IMG/VR virus record: IMGVR_UViG_3300045256_000294
Coordinates: 72,953-136,952 of that record
Length of the DNA: 64,000 nt
Direction: 5' to 3' (one strand)
Source of the DNA: a virus
Below, piece by piece: positions 59,358 to 64,000 of the stretch. The notes under the pieces were generated by a model. That model saw nothing but the letters and a program-made list of their open reading frames with translations, did no database searches and was not told the DNA's origin. Position 1 is the first letter of the stretch. Each line of letters begins with the position of its first letter. The position numbers were made by a program, and so were the translations under genes.

Positions 59358-59470
59358 GTGAACTGCCCTACCCTCAGAGAGGTAGCGGCTTCGGGTTTCA
59401 CTGAGAACTACTTCCTTGCGGAAGGCTGACGCTTCTCTCCACTTGCACCCCGTAGTTCCTACGGTTCTTC
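59358..59470 (-). mobile_element. IS200/IS605-family (TnpB) right end / omegaRNA-like remnant without tnpB
   Basis: Minus strand reads ACCGTAGGAACTACGGGG..TGGAGAG..CGTCAG..GTAGTTCTCAGTGAA..GAAGCCGCTACC-TCTCTGAG-GGTAGGGCAGTTCAC; ends in TCAC; frame encodes the TnpB-tail-like TVGTTG. Confidence 0.7.
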
Positions 59471-59907
59471 CGGTCTCGACAACACGGGGTCTAACGACGG
59501 AAGTTGAGGTGGATTGCCTCCTCTGTTCTCCAGAGAGTCACAGATTTCCTGCTCAAGCTGCTGTTCCCGCCCCTGTTCCTGGTTCTGTGCCCGTCGTGGC
59601 CTTCCTTCGCGTTCTGACCGCCCACCCGGCCCGATGGCCGGACACGGGCACAAGGGGCAGGAAAGGGCCACGGGAACGCAAGAAGAAGATGTCGGTGTTC
59701 TGGAAAACTGTGCTAGGACCAGGGCTGGATGAACTGCTCCCAGCGGGCGGTGAGGACGGTGGCCAGGGGGAGGGTGTCCTGGAAGATGGCGGCCGGCCCG
59801 GCGGACGTCCACAACCAGGGCGTCCCTGGTCGGGCCCAGGTCGTACCCTGCTCCGGCGGGGTTTACCTCTCACCCTCCTGCTACCACAGACTTGCAGAAA
59901 GGACTAT

Positions 59908-61002
59908 ATGCGAAATAAAGACGGCAAGAAAGTCTACAAAGTGAGTCTACCAGCCACCGCCCTCCGGCGACTGGCCAAGGTGACTAACCCCAACTCCGAC
60001 CGAATCGCATTCGGAATCCACACCGTCCAAGAAGTCCAAACGAACTCCGGCCCCGGCATGCTCGTCAAGGGCACCGAAGAAGCCAGCCATTGGGCCGATC
60101 CCAAGTACACAGAATTCCTGGTTGATGTCGGAAAAATCAAATCCGACAAAGGAGTTGGAGTGTGGTGTTTCCACTGGCGAGAGATGTATTGGGTCCGTGC
60201 AGTCCGACCAGACAGGCAAGCCGCCCAGACCTACGGCAAAAGGGGCCAAGGGCGGATCATCCAGTACATCTTGCTCCCCGTCGAACTCAACAATCGCGAG
60301 TTAAACATGACCCTACTCGACCACCTGAACTTGGGCGGGTGCATCCGCCACAACCCAACAACCAAGAAAATCACCCTGGTACGCGACAGTCTGCTATCCA
60401 AGATCCCCTGCAGCGAACAAGACCTCAACGACCTCAAACAGCACGGCTTGGTAGTCGGCAGACAGGATGGAGACGAGACGGTCTACCGACGGGCCGACGT
60501 AGAAACCAAGATCACCCAAGCAGACCGTGAGATCTTCCGAACCCTCGTGAGACACTGGAACGACACCGACGGCGAACTCCCCGGTAACTGCAATTACCAG
60601 ATGCTCTTCGACCTGTGTGACAAATTCAGCGTGCCCAGACCAAAACGCGTCGAGAAGTCCCTCAGCTGGACCGATCCTGAGGACATCAACGACACCGACA
60701 TGTTCCCCATGCTCGTGTCAGAAATCACCCAACTGCTCAAAGAGCAAATGGGAGGGTGGTACCACATTCGCCCCGACAACACCAGCGGCGAGATCGAGAT
60801 TATCGTCTGTAAGGAGAAGTTCTACACCGATGATATCGGCTCCAGGGAAGTCGGCCGCGTCATCATCAACAGCAAGACCGCCCAACTCACCTGCAGCGGC
60901 GTGGGCAGGCCCCTCGTCCTGGAACTCACGGACCCGGCCTGCTTCGACAAGATGCACGAATGGTGCCAGAAACTACAGAGGAAGAACCCATGGAAATCCT
61001 AG
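59908..61002 (+). CDS. Hypothetical protein with a C-terminal 'LADP' module
   Basis: AAGGA RBS; ends VLELTDPACFDKMHEW. Confidence 0.7.
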   Translation: MRNKDGKKVYKVSLPATALRRLAKVTNPNSDRIAFGIHTVQEVQTNSGPGMLVKGTEEASHWADPKYTEFLVDVGKIKSDKGVGVWCFHWREMYWVRAVRPDRQAAQTYGKRGQGRIIQYILLPVELNNRELNMTLLDHLNLGGCIRHNPTTKKITLVRDSLLSKIPCSEQDLNDLKQHGLVVGRQDGDETVYRRADVETKITQADREIFRTLVRHWNDTDGELPGNCNYQMLFDLCDKFSVPRPKRVEKSLSWTDPEDINDTDMFPMLVSEITQLLKEQMGGWYHIRPDNTSGEIEIIVCKEKFYTDDIGSREVGRVIINSKTAQLTCSGVGRPLVLELTDPACFDKMHEWCQKLQRKNPWKS

Positions 61003-61307
61003 AACCCCTACACGAAGAACTGTTCCGGATGATCCGGACGCGGCTCAATGCGTGGTTCTATCTCGCCACCACCGCCACCACTATCGCAGTCTGGGACCAG
61101 CGGGGCGACAGGGACCGCAACATCGGTACCTTCTACGTCTCGCTCTCGAAAGCCACCATCAACCTGAAAGCCTACGGCCCACCTCACCTGCTTCCGACTC
61201 TCACCGTGGCTCTGGCTGACCCAAACTGCCTGGAAATCGTAGAAGACTGGATCGTGAAGTTCACCACATACTTCGCGGAGAATCAATGCACACACTCGAC
61301 CCGATAG
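60990..61307 (+). CDS. 'LADP' family protein
   Basis: VALADPNCLEIVEDWI. Confidence 0.65.
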   Translation: MEILEPLHEELFRMIRTRLNAWFYLATTATTIAVWDQRGDRDRNIGTFYVSLSKATINLKAYGPPHLLPTLTVALADPNCLEIVEDWIVKFTTYFAENQCTHSTR

Positions 61308-61591
61308 CCGAAATCCTCAAAGAAGACCTCCCACACAACGCCAACATCTACCGTCAGGACACCGAGCATTCTGAGTACCTGATCGTGGAACTCTGGCCCA
61401 AGAAGTACATTGTTCACCAGGAGGACGCCCATCCGCAGAAATTCGAGTGCCGGATTGCCAACAATCAATTGGTGATCCACAGGATCAAGCACCCGAACAC
61501 CATCACCGGACCGTCCTTCTGTTTTGAGCTAGCAGACCCCAACTGCTTCAAGCAGATATACACCTTCTTCGCCAAAGAGTGCCTGCTATGA
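61286..61591 (+). CDS. 'LADP' family protein
   Basis: FELADPNCFKQIYTFF. Confidence 0.65.
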   Translation: MHTLDPIAEILKEDLPHNANIYRQDTEHSEYLIVELWPKKYIVHQEDAHPQKFECRIANNQLVIHRIKHPNTITGPSFCFELADPNCFKQIYTFFAKECLL

Positions 61592-61823
61592 GCAAACTCC
61601 TCTGTACGTACTGCTGCAACTGACCCGTTGGGTCTACACCGTGACGGAGCTACAATTTCACCAAATCATCTGCGAAATCCTCCCATGACAACTTCCTGAT
61701 ACGGACCAGGTTTATAAGTGAGGACATAACTGGGTCACACTCTCGCAACCGCATCATCCCGCTTGGCGACCCGGACTGTTTCGAGAATCTGACAACGGTG
61801 ATCCTAGGTTGGTTCCGTAGCTA
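61588..61823 (+). pseudogene. 'LADP' family remnant
   Basis: Broken frames ending IIPLGDPDCFENLTTVILGWF. Confidence 0.5.
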
Positions 61824-61827
61824 AGGC

Positions 61828-62100
61828 ATGGACCCGAAAGAACTACTTTCCCGTATCCACGACAACCAGCAGAAGTTGGAGAACTGTCCACGGCACGATT
61901 TCCAGCCAGCCCTTAACTCCCGCAAGTACCGCTGTAATAGGTGCGGGGGTGAAATCGATGTCGCCAACTATTACTGGTATTACACGGGACTCACACATGG
62001 CCGGGCAAGTCAATCAACTCCGGGCGAAACGGGAGCCGAAACCCCTCTACGTCAAGAAAATCCGCTACATCGGCATCAAGAAGCTAGTGGAGCGACCTGA
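61828..62100 (+). CDS. Small Zn-binding protein
   Basis: CPRHDF..CNRCGG. Confidence 0.6.
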   Translation: MDPKELLSRIHDNQQKLENCPRHDFQPALNSRKYRCNRCGGEIDVANYYWYYTGLTHGRASQSTPGETGAETPLRQENPLHRHQEASGAT

Positions 62101-62581
62101 ACCGTACAAAATCACCTACATGGAGAACTACTACCCATTCCGCGGCGAAAGTGATCGACTCAAAGACTCCCTCCGCCGAGTCACCAGCCGCCGCAAGACC
62201 ATCAACATCCAGATCGCCGCCACCCACGAAATCCACCTAGCCAAGGCAACGGTCACCGACTCACTAGACGTAACCGACGACCCCAAGGTAGACATCGCCG
62301 CCCTCGTCAACATCTACGGCGGCACCCGCCAACTACTCAAGAACCGGCCCTCCGGCTCCAGCATCTACATCCACGGCGAGGGAACCGCCTACTTCGTCCT
62401 CACCTGGAAGCAGGCTATGGAAGCCACAAGGACCCCCAAAAACAGCAAGAAGCAACGAAAACGAATGCGTTACCCCACCGAAAACTTCTCGCGGATCGAG
62501 GAAGGCTGCAAAGCCTACTACCTTCAAAAAGCCAGCCCCGAAGAATTCGCCGCGATCATGGAAGCCCTCAAGAATGGATAA
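61997..62581 (+). CDS. Hypothetical basic protein
   Basis: ATG at 61997; 194 codons. Confidence 0.65.
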   Translation: MAGQVNQLRAKREPKPLYVKKIRYIGIKKLVERPEPYKITYMENYYPFRGESDRLKDSLRRVTSRRKTINIQIAATHEIHLAKATVTDSLDVTDDPKVDIAALVNIYGGTRQLLKNRPSGSSIYIHGEGTAYFVLTWKQAMEATRTPKNSKKQRKRMRYPTENFSRIEEGCKAYYLQKASPEEFAAIMEALKNG

Positions 62582-62900
62582 ATGAGTTGCATCGTCAAGT
62601 ACAACATCCTTCACCCGGGCAGATAGCTACCACCCCGCTGAATGGTTCCTGGTTCGAGTTGGACTGTTTGGTTTCTTATATGGAGTCCCCGGCTCGGACA
62701 GAGGCTATCCGGAGGAACCCACCAACGCAAACAACCCCATCCCCTCCTCGACGCACTCGCAGAAGTGACACACCCCAAAAAGGTGAAACGACGAGGCAAC
62801 TCCCCAAAACCCGTATTAACCAACGCCCGCCAGGAAACACCCACCTATCCAAGCTTATCCGCCGCCCAAAGCCAATGGAGGTCCCAACCAGAAGCCCCAG

Positions 62901-63074
62901 ATGTTCACAACACACGGACCAAACGGACAAACCGTCCAAAGCAACAACCTCACCGACCTACAAGACCAGTTAGACCAACTAGAAAACCTCCAACGCGAAC
63001 GCCGCCGACAAACCAGACAAGGACCACTCCAAATCTGGAGACTCGTCAAACACATACTCCTCAGCCAAGACTGA
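62901..63074 (+). CDS. Small hypothetical protein (57 aa)
   Basis: MFTTHGPNGQTVQSNNLTDLQDQLDQLENLQRERRR... Confidence 0.4.
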   Translation: MFTTHGPNGQTVQSNNLTDLQDQLDQLENLQRERRRQTRQGPLQIWRLVKHILLSQD

Positions 63075-63359
63075 CCAGAAAGGCCGCAACACCCGCCACC
63101 CAAAAGTAGCAAAAAGTCACCAGCGCTGCGGCTCCACCGAATTGACAGGGAACCCCGGGTCGGATTTCTCGTATCTGAGGGCCATGACCCCCGTTCCCAA
63201 TTTTCGAAAAATCACCGGGTCCCCGGCCAAAATGCGAAGGGTCCCCCACTTTCTCCGCGGCCAAATTTCCCAAACACCCCTCTATCCCCCTTTCCCAGCT
63301 TCCCCACCATCCCAACTAAACCACGAGAACCAACACCACTAAACCACAGGAACCTCTGC

Positions 63360-63418
63360 GAGGGGGAATAATTCCCCTAGGAAATCCGCTGAGGGGGAAT
63401 AATTCCCCTAGGAAATCC
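63360..63418. repeat. Two identical 28-bp direct repeats, each with an internal palindrome
   Basis: GAGGGGGAATAATTCCCCTAGGAAATCC at 63360-63387 and 63391-63418. Confidence 0.9.
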
Positions 63419-63458
63419 CGCATATTTCCTTCTGAATATTCTTTGCCAGAGAGACACC

Positions 63459-63558
63459 TGACCCTATAGTAGGGGACCCTACTATTATACCCGACCAATA
63501 CTTAGGCCCAACGAATGACCCTATAGTAGGGGACCCTATACCCGACCGTCCAACGAAT
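63459..63558. repeat. Imperfect tandem repeat with a 23-bp identical core
   Basis: TGACCCTATAGTAGGGGACCCTA at 63459 and 63516, each followed by TATACCCGACC and CCAACGAAT. Confidence 0.85.
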
Positions 63559-63708
63559 TTATCCGCCTCTTTCGGGGCGAGTTGCCGGCCGAACCGCTCG
63601 TTATCCCGCTCCAGGGCCTGAATTTCTCGGTCCCGGCCCTCCTGTCGCCGGAGCGGGATTCCCGTCGCGGACGGCTCCTAATCAGATGCGGGTGAGGGGC
63701 TTGCCCTT

Positions 63709-63999
63709 TCACGAGATGGCGGTGTTGAACTTGGAGGACGAGATCATTGATTGGGTGTTTATCGCTTGGTCTGGGGTCGGCTCGCCGTGGAACTGGTCAA
63801 GCGCGGTGGACGGTGGGGCTGTGTAAGCTTCGAAGTCGAGGATGTGTCCGGCGGTGTCGATGTCGGTTCGCGGGAGAAAGGCGGCGGGTGTGACGATCCG
63901 GTCGCCCTGGATAGGGTCGCTGATGAAGATGGCGGTCCAGTAGCGGTGGGCGACGAGGGTCTTTTTAGCGTCGAGGGGGGTCGCTCCGGGGGTTGGGGA
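63709..63999 (-). CDS. Partial hypothetical protein (C-terminus), convergent with the upstream block
   Basis: Open frame ..LDAKKTLVAHRYWTAIFISDP.. to TGA at 63709. Confidence 0.5.
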   Translation of the reverse strand, partial: SPTPGATPLDAKKTLVAHRYWTAIFISDPIQGDRIVTPAAFLPRTDIDTAGHILDFEAYTAPPSTALDQFHGEPTPDQAINTQSMISSSKFNTAIS

Positions 64000-64000
64000 T

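Noticed and set aside
59845-59880. RNase P RNA-like string AGGGTGAGAGGTAAACCCCGCCGGAGCAGG on the minus strand
   Set aside because: The conserved GAGGAAAGTCC 5' element and its P4 partner are not found.
59416-59907. N-terminal 164 aa of the 528-aa ORF
   Set aside because: Low-complexity translation of a GC-rich spacer overlapping the IS end; a better ATG with RBS lies at 59908.
62587-63109. ORFs 62587-62973 and 62642-63109
   Set aside because: Pro/Thr/Arg-rich translations of a C/A-skewed region; probably artefacts or decayed genes.
63360-63558. CRISPR array
   Set aside because: Only two copies of each repeat, a 3-nt gap in the first pair, shared sequence between units in the second pair, and no cas genes.
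1-64000. Genome-wide stop-codon reassignment (TGA or TAG)
   Set aside because: Core genes are long and intact in code 11 and end in TGA, TAG and TAA at coupled junctions. In-frame stops occur only in isolated or decayed genes.
1-64000. tRNA or rRNA genes, reverse transcriptase or diversity-generating retroelement
   Set aside because: No cloverleaf, RT motif or template/variable repeat pair seen by eye; tRNAscan was not run.

Overview
This window looks like part of a large, T4-like 'huge' dsDNA phage genome, probably of a Planctomycetota-type host. The host is inferred from the CsrA, the CxPxR sulfatase and the GC-rich codon style. Core genes: SbcC/SbcD (gp46/gp47-like), a DinG-type helicase, two divergent sigma-like genes, NucS, thyA, a DHFR-dUTPase fusion, folD, two very large virion-type proteins and many glycosylation genes. 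There are four LAGLIDADG inteins. The most striking locus (29.9-36.7 kb) encodes a PurZ-type (2-aminoadenine) synthetase split by two inteins. It sits with a nucleoside-deoxyribosyltransferase/dNMP N-glycosidase and two degenerate TIM barrels, and no DatZ or MazZ is visible in the window. Other signals: a dispersed family of at least 10 divergent or decaying small genes sharing a C-terminal 'L-A-D-P-x-C-F' motif; several genes hollowed by internal deletion; a TnpB-less IS200/IS605 right end next to the sulfatase start; a candidate ~630 nt structured RNA; two recurring promoter-like motifs; and a palindromic repeat cluster at a strand-skew switch near 63.4 kb. All calls come from motif recognition by eye, and no database searches were run.
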